DNA from: Octopus vulgaris
Lineage: Eukaryota
Length of the DNA stretch: 64,000 nucleotides
Reading direction: 5' to 3'
Assembly (NCBI GenBank): GCA_951406725.2
Contig: OX597825.1
Span: forward strand, 39,866,001 to 39,930,000
Shown here: positions 13,475 through 27,263 of the stretch, in pieces
How positions within the stretch are numbered: the first letter of the stretch is position 1
Layout of the letters: every line of letters begins with the position of its first letter
The notes under the pieces: model-generated
Database searches by the model: none
Seen by the model: the letters and a program-made list of their open reading frames with translations, nothing else
What the model was told of the DNA's origin: nothing
Program-made: the position numbers and the translations under genes

Positions 13475-14070
13475 TACTCAGGTGAAAAGAATACTTGTAC
13501 ATGCAATAGTGGCTATCATAAGAACCACCTTGAAGAAATACAGAGTAAAGCTTAACAGGAAAGTATACATGCAGGTTCAAGGTGCAGCCATTGGTATCGG
13601 TGGGACTGGAGATGTAATCGGTTTCTTGATGACCTGGTAGTACAGAAATCTTAAGCAATCCTTAGCGGAACAATCTACAACTGCTTTGCTTTAGTGTTGG
13701 TATGTAGATGGCATTAATATTATACTTAGGACAAACTCTAATATCTGTAATACAAGTAAAGACTGGAATAGGATAGAAGGAGTTTGTGACAACGCAAACA
13801 GGTTGAACACGTGGTAAAAGACCAACAAATATCAAGGAGTAATGTTTGTAGAAGCTACAACCCATGAAGACTTGGCCAGAAGATTTAGGAAAGCTATAAA
13901 GGAAGCCAAACTCGACATCAATATCGTTTAAAAGCCAGGAGCTCCATCAAATCACAACTATGTAGGATGTGCCCCTTTGAGAATACCACATGCACCAATG
14001 ATAACTGCATGGTATGTAAGTTTAATACCGGCATGTTTGTAAAGCCAAGAGCATAATATACATATGTGAG
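13475..14070 (+). mobile_element. Penelope-like element fragment (RT motifs B/C and Cys-rich linker), internally deleted
   Basis: VYMQVQGAAIGIGGTGDVIGFLMTW, WYVDG (for YVDD), later CTNDNCMVCK...CKAKSIIY. Confidence 0.65.
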
Positions 14071-14899
14071 ACTAAATGACATGTAAGACAATATAACGAC
14101 AGTTAGGAAGTCTTAGGTAGAAATTCAGATGAATAGTTATTTGTTTATCATAGATCAATATTTTCGAATTTTGTTAGATAACTATTAACCAAAATTTCGA
14201 CATAGCATCTTCCTAGATTATATATAACTTTCCTCATATATTTACAGGTAAACAGAGGGCCGGCTCGAATTTTGTCATAAATATATTCATATGACACTGT
14301 CAACTCTGTAAATACCTATGATTAGTCACATACGTATCTTCTTAACTTTCTTCCTATAATTTTTAAAATTATCTTTTATTTTTCTTTATTTTCTCTTTTC
14401 ATTTACTTATCTTTTGCAACGGCACCTGTATTATTTTAGTTCTTTCTTAAAATAAAATCTCTTTGATCTTATTTTCATCATCTATTTTCATCAAACATAA
14501 ATGCTTTTTTTAGACGAGTATAATTCTAAAAGACATTAACTCCGTTAGTTATGCTCTACTTTATTCTTTATCTTTTATTATTCTTTTGCTTCCATAATTA
14601 TCACTGCCCATTGTCGCATTTATCTCTGTCTCCTCACCCTCGACCACACTACATTTCTTTTCCTTCGAAATCACAATCAGGACTACCTCCGTTATTCTCG
14701 GTTGTATGCATTAATTTCAAATATGCTTATTAATAACAATGTTGCTTTGTTTCAGATAAATTGTTAGCTGACAGATTAGAACAAACTTCAAAAGTAACTA
14801 CTAGAATCTCCTTAAAAATGGACATGTTTTATCGTGGTGGTTTCAAATACGGGCAGAATATTCTGCTAAATGAATTTGGCATCACGATGGTTTATGTTT

Positions 14900-15575
14900 G
14901 GTGGATGACATGTTTTCATCACTCTGATCACATGAGACAAAAATGTGACATTGCTGAAGACAGATCTACTGTGGTTACCTTGCATATATCCTCAACCAGG
15001 ATAAGTGTTGTGTTGATCACTTTGGGCTAGAGACGAGACAATCCAAGCAGTGGAATCGCCCCGCTTTATCTTCTCCATAGAATGCTTCGATCATTTCATC
15101 TGCAGGAAAATTGATTGCCTCAGATATGGGGAAAGCAAAGGCATTGTTTCCTGACTATCTGGAAAAGTGCCACATTATCAAAAGTGAGTACTATGCCAAT
15201 TTGCTGAAACAGTTACGAAAAGCTGTCGAGTCTTGTTTAATCTGAACAACGCTCCACCACACAAGTCCTGGTTTCAATGTCTGTTGTTTGTATGTCTTGC
15301 TTTGATCACCTTCCCTACACTACTGATTCAGCCCCATCTGACTATCATTATCATCTGTTCCCCAACAAGAAAAACGACTTGGCTGCGAACCATTATTGCA
15401 GTGAGGATGACGTGATATCTGCTCTTAATGAGTGACTTGACCAACATGGTCAAAGCGTGCTCACCAATAAGTCCGAAGCACTGCAATATCGATGGAGAAA
15501 TCGTGCGGATAACAAAGGGTACTCATTTGGTCACGTTCCATGAAACAGCCTATGAACATTTCAGCCGACTTTCTT
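14900..15575 (+). mobile_element. mariner transposase relic
   Basis: SSAGK.IAS, DYLEK.HIIKSEYYANLLKQLRKA, NNAPPHKS, HLPYTTDSAPSDYH.LFP (DD34D-type motifs), frameshifted. Confidence 0.8.
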
Positions 15576-15669
15576 ATTTATTTGAATGTCAGTTTATGCT
15601 TTCAAGTTCTCATTTAACTACACTTCTTCATTAAGCGTACATTTCGGCAATTCAACTCTTGTACTTAAT

Positions 15670-16068
15670 CATATTTTCTTTTATCGTTTACTTTTACCAA
15701 TCATTACATCTAAGCTGTGCTAGAGCACTGTCTTGGAGAATTTTTAGCCGGATGAATCGAACTCATTACTTACTTTTTAAGCATGGTCCTTAGCATATCG
15801 CTTTGATTTTACCGAACTGCCAAGTTACGTGGAGGTAAACACACCAGCACAGGGTGTCAAGTGGTGGTGGGGAAGAAAGGCTGACATAAAGACACACAGA
15901 TGCATAAGTATTTACATATATACGACAGGTTTTTTTCAGTTTCAGTTACTATATCCACTCACAAGGCTTTGATCAGCCCGACGTAATAGTAGATGGCACC
16001 CAGTGTGACATGCAGTGAGACTGAACACGGAACCATGTCATTGGGAAACAAGCCACGTCTGCACCTAT
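15670..16068 (-). mobile_element. Diverged SINE, same family as 19295-19706
   Basis: Colinear similarity to the 19.3-19.7 kb copy (ACCGAACTGCCAAGTTACG, CCACTCACAAGGCTTTGATCAGCCCG, GAGACTGAACACGGAACCATG). Confidence 0.65.
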
Positions 16069-16474
16069 AACGAACGTCTTATACTTACCAGTTGATGTTA
16101 ATGACTGCTTGTTCGATATTTGCGTAAATGAACACCTATTTGCGTAATACACATTACTTCAACAGAACCAGAAAATCTTCTGATACTTAAAAGATATTTC
16201 CACGAACACGTTAATACATGCCCAAATACGTGTGGCTACGATTATGCAACATCTTTTATAAGGGATATGATTGATATCACGTTATGTCCACATGCCTATC
16301 TGTGTCATATCTTTATTAGAGAGTTAGGTTATACATTTCTAGTTGCTAACTCATGCTCTACAGAAGTATTCCCATCCTGATTAAAAGGATGATTTTATCA
16401 TTCTGGAATAGTTCCGATATACAGCTATTATTCACTTAAACCCTACTGTTCTCAACCATCTGAAATATATGTGG

Positions 16475-16724
<250 letters not shown>

Positions 16725-18078
16725 TGCCACTTACACACACATATACAAACATATACACACACAAATATATATCCTTTTGAATGTAACAATACTTGCATTT
16801 ATGTATATTTGTGTATTTAATAACATACGAATAAAGATACTATATGTATGAAAATAAATAAATAAATAAACGCTAAAACCAAATTCTGGTTGAAAACACG
16901 TTCTAATATTATATCGAAATCTCTTGTAACATATTTTGAATGCAATCATATATAAAGACGTACATGTTGCCTGTCATCATATTTTTAATTCAGATGCTAT
17001 ATCATTCAATCATTTCGTTTTTTATATTGAAATTTCAGATATATTACATGACTTAGATTCTCTTGCTTTCGTGTCGAGATTTCTTGCATGTTAGATTCAA
17101 AACAACTGATGGCTACGATGGCAAACATTAAAGGAAATCTAGTTTACTCCAGTAAGCATCATTAATGATCAAGCAAATATAACATGCAGAGAGCAATCAT
17201 TATCAAAAATATGCTTCTCAACGATTATTGATGTTGCGTATGAAGCATTGACATGTATTTATGTTAGCCACATTTCATCAATCTTGTGCAAGGAGCTATT
17301 AGTTGGCATAGGAATAATGCAATAAATATTTCCCTGATAGCGCCTATCTTCCTCTCCCTCTCTCTCTCTGTCTCTCTGTATGTATTTATATCCATCTCTA
17401 TCTCTTTATCTTTCCCCCTTTCTCCCACTCTCCGTCTCTGTATACGCCTATATACAAGTATGCACTAACACGCACGCACACACACAAACATATTCACACT
17501 CACAAACACTTGCATGGTGATAGATCGATCTTACCACATAACTGCCGTAGCTTGTCCTTGCCTGTTGTCAATCGCATTTCTAAGTTTCCATCCGTGACCT
17601 CTCAGATGGTTACTCCGCCCTGCTGTTTTGAACAGTGCGCTTCCAACTGATTTGGTCTGGACACGTTAATCCTTTTCGTTCGCCATGGGACTTTGATGAG
17701 ATGGTATGACAAATGACATTAGAAGTCATCTTAGTGAGACATTTTTACATCATTGCATTAGAATGATAACCGATGGGACAGAATAAGCACCACTCTCTGA
17801 GCACCAAGTAACAGCCCGAAGTGAGACGACTTGCAATCAAGTGAAAAGCATATCATGAAGACAGCTAAGGTGGTGTTTATTACCATAGTAATTTACCTAT
17901 AGCTGTGAACCTGACTGGTGCTACTAATCTGGGCCAGTGTAGCCGAGAAAGCTATATTGGTTAAGACGTAGTCCCACATTCCATTAATTTTGGGACTGCC
18001 CCATCAGTGCTTTACTAATGGATGCATTTTGATGTCAGATCTACAGTATATACACACATTTAAATACACAAACGCAGG

Positions 18079-18120
<42 letters not shown>

Positions 18121-18524
18121 AACACACATACACACACTCACAAACACAGAAACTATATGTGTATAAGCATAAGCAAGTATCTTTGGTAAGAAATTTTGTT
18201 TTCAGTCAAAAGGTTTCGCTTGCAGTACTTATACGTGTACGTTTGGCAAATGTGTTTTATAGTAGTACTCAATTGATCAATGCTTTCAAAATCAAACTAG
18301 TGAACACTAAGCGAAGAAAATACCGTTTCACATGAGTATAGGTGCGTGTGTATATATATATATGCGTGTGCGAAGTGTCTTTATATTGCGTGTGCTCGTT
18401 AAAACGTTTCGATAGAATTATAAACTAAATTTACAGTAGCACAAGTGTTTATTTCTTCAACTGAACGGATGCATTGCTCCAGCATATCTGTAGAAAAATG
18501 ACTGAGACAAGTGAAATATAAAAG

Positions 18525-18630
<106 letters not shown>

Positions 18631-18674
18631 ATATGTATTTAAATTACTAGTACTCTCAAATTTACAATTCAAAT

Positions 18675-18740
18675 ACTACCCTGAAGACGGAAGTAAAATG
18701 AAAATTTTACATCTCTTTAATCCAGAAACGCGTATGTAGT
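18675..18740 (+). ncRNA. Type I hammerhead ribozyme motif
   Basis: ACTAC C CTGAAGA C GGA..GTAAAAT/ATTTTAC..TCC A GAAA CGCG TA T GTAGT: intact core, palindromic stem III, GUA site; mismatch at the base of stem I. Confidence 0.6.
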
Positions 18741-18908
18741 TGAACAAAGCCGGGTGGATTCGTCATTTTTTTCTTTCCATACGTGAATTGAAAGTATTGC
18801 TGTCTGCGAGATATCTTATAGTAAAGGAATAGTACTTAAATGCTATTTCTAAATTTCGGTATGTGGTGAAGCAATTTGCTGAACCCTACTTATAATTATA
18901 GAATTTCC

Positions 18909-19048
<140 letters not shown>

Positions 19049-19260
19049 TTGCATTATGGAACAGTCATTTTAACGAGATATTTATATTTATTTATCACCC
19101 GAAGAGATACGTCTGGACCACTCCTGAACCAGTTTTGGGGTGTCCTGCAAGAGAAGTCAATGCTAAATGTGACGAAACAATTGTTGCGATTAACAATATA
19201 TTCTCGTATATTCCATCTTTTGTCTTTCATTTGTTTATATATATCTATACACACACACAG

Positions 19261-19294
<34 letters not shown>

Positions 19295-19297
<3 letters not shown>

Positions 19298-19705
19298 CTC
19301 TTTACAATTTTACTTGTTTCAGTCATTTGACTGCGGCCACGCTGGAGCACCGCCTTTAGTCGAGCAAATCGACCCCGGGACTTATTCTTTGTCAGCCCAG
19401 TACTTATTCTATCGGTCTATTTTGCCGAACCGCTAAGTGACGGGGACGTAAATACACCAGTATCGGTTGCCAAGCAATGCTAGGGGGACAAACACTGACA
19501 CACAAACATATACGCACACATACATATATATATATATATACATATATACGACAGGCTTCTTTCAGTTTCCGTCTACCAAATTCACTCAGAAGGATTTGGT
19601 CGGCCCGAGGCTATAGTAGAAGGCACTTGCCCAAGATGCCACGCAGTGGGACTGAACCCAGAACCATGGGGTTGGTTAGCAAGCTACTTACCACACAGCC
19701 ACTCC

Positions 19706-19706
<1 letters not shown>
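19295..19706 (-). mobile_element. tRNA-derived SINE (near full length)
   Basis: Minus head GGAGTGGCTGTGTGGTAAG...GGGTTCAGTCCC followed by CTTGGGCAAGTG (CORE-like), internal TA/TG microsatellite, 3' part ending TGACTGAAACAAGTAAAA. Confidence 0.8.
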
Positions 19707-19761
<55 letters not shown>

Positions 19762-19799
19762 GAGAGAGAGATTGATATATATATATATATATATATATA

Positions 19800-20401
19800 C
19801 CAGCAGTATCGCCCGGCGTTGCTTGGGTTTGTAATGGAAATAACAATATAAGCATTTTTAGTGACTTATAGCAAAAAAATAGCAAAAAATGCATTAAAAA
19901 TGGAATTAAAAATTATGGTAATTTTTTTTTTTAAATCGCTGACTCATCGTAGACATTTTTAGAGATGTACTTCCCTTATATAATAGCGAAAAATGCATTA
20001 AAATGGAATAAAAAATTATGGTAAATTTTTTTTTAATCGTTGACTCATCGTAGACATTTTTAGAGAGTTACTTCCCTTATATAATAGCGAAAAATGCATT
20101 AAAATGGAATTAAAAATGATGGTATTTTTTTTTTAAATCGTAGACTCATCGTAGACATTTTTAGAGACTTACTTCCCTTATAGAATAGCGAAAAATGCTT
20201 TAAAATGGAATAAAAAATGATGGTAAATTATTTTTAAAATCGTAGACTCATCGTAGACGCGCGCTAATACCCAGAAGGGCTCGATATGAATCATGCCTAT
20301 AAGATACCCGGTTTTGATTACACTACACCGCAAAATGTGGGAGTAGTTAGTAATCTAAATCGTAGGAGACATACACACAACCTTACTTTTATATATAAAG
20401 A
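19800..20401 (-). mobile_element. Non-autonomous Helitron with internal ~105 bp minisatellite
   Basis: Minus 5' TCTTTATATATAAAAG, 3' ...GCAACGCCGGGCGATACTGCTGG|T, similar to the 3' end of the 7053-8192 element; 3-4 tandem units containing GCATTAAAATGG...GACTCATCGTAGAC. Confidence 0.8.
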
Positions 20402-22008
<1,607 letters not shown>

Positions 22009-22116
22009 TATACATATATTAATTAAGGGTAAAACTAATTAATTACGAAGTAATCAATAAATTTCACCAAGTAGAATTCGGTATGAAAACAGGACCGTTA
22101 TACGGTAAATTCTAGT

Positions 22117-22387
<271 letters not shown>

Positions 22388-24280
22388 GTATATATTTATA
22401 TTTACATACCCTAATATACTCTCAGATTCACATACAAATGTACACGCATTTAGGTGTGTGATTTTGTGTGCATGTTTGTATGAATATATGCATGCATATT
22501 TGTAAATATAGGTAATTCAGATGTGAAACTAAGATCCGTCTTATTTTCTGGAAAATATGTTTATGTCGTTTTCAAAACTATTGTGTTTCACTACATGCAA
22601 TTTCAAGTTTTTATTCTACAGTACGCTTAAATTTACATAGCTACATTGATGTTCTTCACATTCTTATATAAATTACGTTCGTTTAAATAATATTTGTTCG
22701 TTTTGCTTATGATTTACATGTATATCATTTAAACGTGTACATTTATAGTTCCTGTACCCAGTCGTACAAAAGCATTTTCTTTGAATATATGTTTACATAT
22801 TTCTGTTTGAATACATGTAATTTTGATTGAAGAAGTAACCATTTATTCAGCGAATGCCTTGAAGATAATATAAATGTTATTGTATAAACAAGATTAGAAA
22901 TGATGTAATTACAATGTGTTTGACAATAAGCCGAACAGCTATTAAGTTTCTCGATGAATGTGTAAATAGGACTTAGATTTAGTTGACTTAGAAATCCCCA
23001 TTGAATTAATTGTTGTAAATTCCGTATTGCCGTGTTTTCAACTGAAGTGGTGTGAGTCCAGAAGGGATTCTAACTTAATATGCTCAGAACAAGAGACAAC
23101 GTGAAGACTTGCAAAAATCGACGAACACCAACGACTAATATCTGAAAATAAACAATTAGACTATATCGACAAATGGAGGTAACAGTCAAAAAATATACCG
23201 AGGAGTGGGTGTAGGAGAAATGGTAGTATCAGTTCAAGAAATAATATCTACAATAACTAGATTATTGTCATACCACTCGAGCTTTTATGATTAGATCCTG
23301 CTTCCGCTTCAACTGTATTTGAGTCCACAACAATAATGTTATCAGGAGCGAAAAGCAAGTGAAGAATATCGGTGTGTCAAGAGGAGTAAATTTAAGTCAT
23401 TCAAACGCGTAACGATCCGCTGGATGGAGATCCCTGTCAAAATCCTTGCATCCTGGTTTGCTAAACATCAAGTGAACGATATCAGAGACGACGGGACACG
23501 TAACATCGCCAGTATCACCCATGAATGGTCCAAGAGAAAACTACCCATAAGCAGAGGTAAACATTGCCAACATTTTCCATCTTCTTTTGAACCTTATCGC
23601 ATATATTCCTCCATGTCATGTCTGAGACGAATGGAGAATCATATCTGATTATGGAATTGATGAGTTCCACTGATTTAATACCACTTTTGCTGAAAATCTC
23701 TCAAGAGTGTTAGACTGGGCACAAAATTGCTAGTGATATGCTGTCAAGAGTTGCGGTTTCGATATTTGAAACAGTTCATTGACAATTAAAAGATGTGGAT
23801 TTGTAATTCCACCGGTCGTCTACTTCAGAGAGCTTCATTGCTATATATTTATGGGCCAGGAAATGAGTTGCATTGCTGCATTGATCAGCCAGACATGGGT
23901 GGATTAATACACTGACGTTCTCAGGAAAATATTGGGCTGAAAAAGAAACAAGAAGCTGATCTTCACCGCCAGTGTTCCGGACCGAAGGTCATATATGAGC
24001 GCATTTCCACACTCAGCACACATTGTATTACCACTTTATAGAGAATTATTTATTCTTTGAGGTATTTTGGCTACTTCTTTGTAATATAAATTTTTTATGA
24101 TAACTTACTTCGTTTTGTAAAAACCCGGTCATCATCATCACTGTTATTGTTTTGGCGGCGGCGGCGGTGGTGGCGGTGGTGGTTGTCGTCGTGGTAGTGT
24201 TGTAGCTACGGCTGTTGTTGTCGTTTTAGCTGTTATTCTGTTCATTTACAATGTTATAATATATATATATATAACAGGAA

Positions 24281-24353
24281 TCTTACTGAAGAGCCAGCCT
24301 GAGTAAATAAATACTATTTTTATTACTGAATTTGGCGAAACTGCAGTATAAGA
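24281..24353 (+). ncRNA. Type I hammerhead ribozyme, apparently intact
   Basis: Stem I TCTTA/TAAGA; core CTGAAGA; stem II GCCA/TGGC with inner AGTAA.TAAA/TTTATTACT; GAAA; stem III C-TGCA-G; GUA cleavage triplet. Confidence 0.8.
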
Positions 24354-24518
24354 AAAGTTAAGTTTGTAAAAGTTTTTAATTTTCATCTCACTAAATTTAT
24401 CCAGCTATTGTGTATCTAGTGCACTCTTCGCCTTGAATGTAATGATATATGTATAATATATGGCGTGTACTGGTACACCGGCGATTATAATTAATTTTAT
24501 TGTATCGCATTTATCTTT

Positions 24519-24618
<100 letters not shown>

Positions 24619-24843
24619 ATAATATCGATATTTAAATATCGGTCTTATCACGTGGCTAGCATGGGAATGAATACCATACAAAGGTAATAATTATTTAAAA
24701 CTATAGACAATGGTATATTAGAGAAACCACCATGCCGAAATAGCAATCAGAACCTTGACCCTAAAAACCACCTTAAATGTTCATATCGCGCAATGAGATG
24801 AGGCAGAGACAAAATAAACTAGCAAAAAAGATTTTACTGGATA

Positions 24844-24902
24844 ATTCAAGATCCTGGATTTCTGACTTTGCTTCAAATAAGCTCTGCCTTCGTCAGTGGA
24901 AT
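24844..24902 (-). ncRNA. Type I hammerhead ribozyme motif
   Basis: Minus: ATTCCA CTGACGA A GGC..GCTT/AAGC..GTC A GAAA TCCAGGA TC TTGAAT; AUC site; one mismatch in stem I. Confidence 0.6.
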
Positions 24903-25050
24903 ATAACAGATGGGTACATATATCCAAATATATACATACAGAACATACGAAGGTCCATACATATATATACATGCACGTATTTACAAGACCAGTCCAAATT
25001 GCCCGGGTTAGGGTTTTGACTGCTATTTCGGCATGGTGGTATCTCTTACA

Positions 25051-25135
<85 letters not shown>

Positions 25136-25364
25136 TATACATCTTAGAAATATTGAATATTGAATTTCTAAAGAGACATAAGCGGTAGTGGAGAGATAGA
25201 GTGGTTGTATAATGTCAATATAACGTGACAGTCCCGTAGAGGGAATTACACCATCGCTATATAGCCCTAGGAAGCATCGACGCTTCCTGTCGGCTTTGAC
25301 ACATTACCTGTGTCCGTATATTTACAATGAGGAGGCAAGCACTCTCACCAGCTAGGACTAGCAA

Positions 25365-25410
25365 CCTGAAGACATGCATGTTTCTGGGTCTTTCCCGTCA
25401 TCAGTCCAGG
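25365..25410 (-). ncRNA. Type I hammerhead ribozyme
   Basis: Minus: CCTGGA CTGATGA C GGG AAAGA CCC A GAAA CATGCATG TC TTCAGG; 6 bp stem I, palindromic stem III, GUC site. Confidence 0.8.
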
Positions 25411-25676
25411 GTAGCGAGTCACACTAGCGGTGATACTTGCCAAGCCTTCGCAAATATATATATTTAAAGTGAAATCTATTCACTGGTCACCGTAATTAGA
25501 AATATTGAATTTCTAAATGTCTCATAGAGACATAGGCGGTGGTGGAGCGACAGAGTGGTTGTATAATGTCAACATAACGGGACAGTCCCTTAGAGGGAAT
25601 TACATCACCGCTGTATAGCTCTAGGAATAGGGCTTGCAAAGGCTTGGCAAGTATCACTGCTAGCGGGACTCGCTAC

Positions 25677-25722
25677 CCTGGACTGATGACGGGAAAGACC
25701 CAGAAACATGCATGTCTTCAGG
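25677..25722 (+). ncRNA. Type I hammerhead ribozyme (identical to 25365-25410)
   Basis: CCTGGA CTGATGA CGGGAAAGACCCA GAAA CATGCATG TC TTCAGG. Confidence 0.8.
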
Positions 25723-25867
25723 TTACTAGTCCTAGCTGGTGTGGTGCTTGCCTCAGGAAATGTGTCAAAGCCGACAGGAAGCGTCGATGCTTCCCAGGGC
25801 TATATAGCGGTATTGTAATTCCCTCTACGGGACTGTCAAGTTATGTTGATATTATACAACCACTCTC

Positions 25868-25979
<112 letters not shown>

Positions 25980-26044
25980 GGAAAAGACAGGACGAGTATC
26001 GCAAGTCATCAGAATAAGGCGAATTAGAGGCAATTAATTGATTA

Positions 26045-26725
26045 TTTGTTGTCTTACAGCTGTTTCTGGGATATCCAAGATAATAGGTTAGCATCTCCAT
26101 ACACTGGTCATTCCATCATCGGATATATTAAGAAAGTTCCAGACAGGGAATTCACAGTTTATAAAGGAATTAAAATCATTCATAGACGATAAATGCCATG
26201 ACTCATCTTGTTCCAGAGGGTATGGAGATTGGTCCGTACTTCCGTGAGGGTATTGGTCCTTAAGTTTAATCCCAGGTAAATCGAGGCAGTATTCTGGCAA
26301 CACTTTGTATGTTGCGTTTATGTTGAAGGAGTAGATCAAGTTTCTCTCTTTCTCCTCTCTCTTCTATTCTGTCGATATCTGTCTATCATGATATCTATCT
26401 TTCTCACTCTATATACCCACGTGGACCGTTTCATTACCAGCTAACCACTTGATATATTCCTTCAACATGAACGCAAGATTCAAAATACCGCTTGGATTTA
26501 CCTGGAACTTATACCTTTAGAGAGGTACGGACGAACTTCCATACACTCTGGAAGACGATGAGCTTTCTTCTCCTGTTTGTATTATTTTATCTACTATTTT
26601 ATCTACTATTTGATCCCTTTATAAACTGTGAATTCCCTGTCTAGACTTGTCATACATGCACACCTTGTCTCTGATGACAGAATACCCAGTGTATGAAGAT
26701 GCTAACCTATCACCTGGAATAGCTC
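26045..26725. mobile_element. Inverted pair of a second HHR-bearing short element
   Basis: 26045-26340 (-) and 26450-26725 (+) are diverged inverted copies; one keeps CCA GAAACAGCTGTA AGACAA, the other keeps TTGTCT CTGATGA. Confidence 0.65.
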
Positions 26726-27022
26726 ACAAATGTGGATACATATCTTAGAACAGAATGGAGTAAGTGGAGCATGAGCACACATGCAAATGAAAAGTGTCGC
26801 TGAAGAAATTACAGATGTGTGACGAAAGATTTCCGGATAATATACATGAGTGAATATTGTTTTATAAAATGAAGAAACGAGAGAACAAATACACCGTGCA
26901 TGTGTTTAGTTACCAAAGAAAAAAAAAAAAACCGTCCCTAAAAACAATAACATCTATTTCAACGCACGATTTCACAGCAGGAATCTTGCAAAACAAATTG
27001 ATAAACGTGCTTGATTTTATAT

Positions 27023-27080
<58 letters not shown>

Positions 27081-27224
27081 GGAAGGTTTATATATATAAC
27101 GGAAGGTTTACGAACATAAATAAAAGACGAAGGCAGGTTTACGAAGATAAACAAATGACGAAGGCAGGTGGAGTACAAACAAACAAATGTATTAGTATGG
27201 CGCTCAGGAATAGAAATAGAACAA

Positions 27225-27263
27225 GTCTTCTACGTTTCGAGCCTACGCTCTTCGACAGAAAGA
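27225..27263 (-). ncRNA. Minimal hammerhead-like motif with variant core (CUGUCGA) in a short repeat (27080-27310)
   Basis: Minus: CTTT CTGTCGA A GAGC GTAG GCTC GAAA CG TA GAAG; a decayed copy of the same repeat lies at 45335-45500. Confidence 0.5.

Larger units (their letters stand above)
25144..25866. mobile_element. Retrozyme-like / PLE pseudo-LTR-like non-coding element: ~350 nt unit, partial tandem copy and inverted copy
   Basis: 25144-25495 is repeated directly at 25496-25627 and inverted at 25634-25866; carries HHRs; bounded by (TA)n and (TC)n(TA)n. Confidence 0.7.

Noticed and set aside
19850-20260. Regularly spaced repeats resembling a CRISPR array
   Set aside because: Whole units repeat with no unique spacers; eukaryotic Helitron interior; no cas genes
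23400-24000. Higher-complexity stretch that could be an exon or retroelement ORF
   Set aside because: No recognisable domain or consistent frame by eye; needs BLASTX
26795-26838. CTGAAGA..GTGAC GAAA minimal hammerhead candidate
   Set aside because: Stems I and III are too weak to call from one copy
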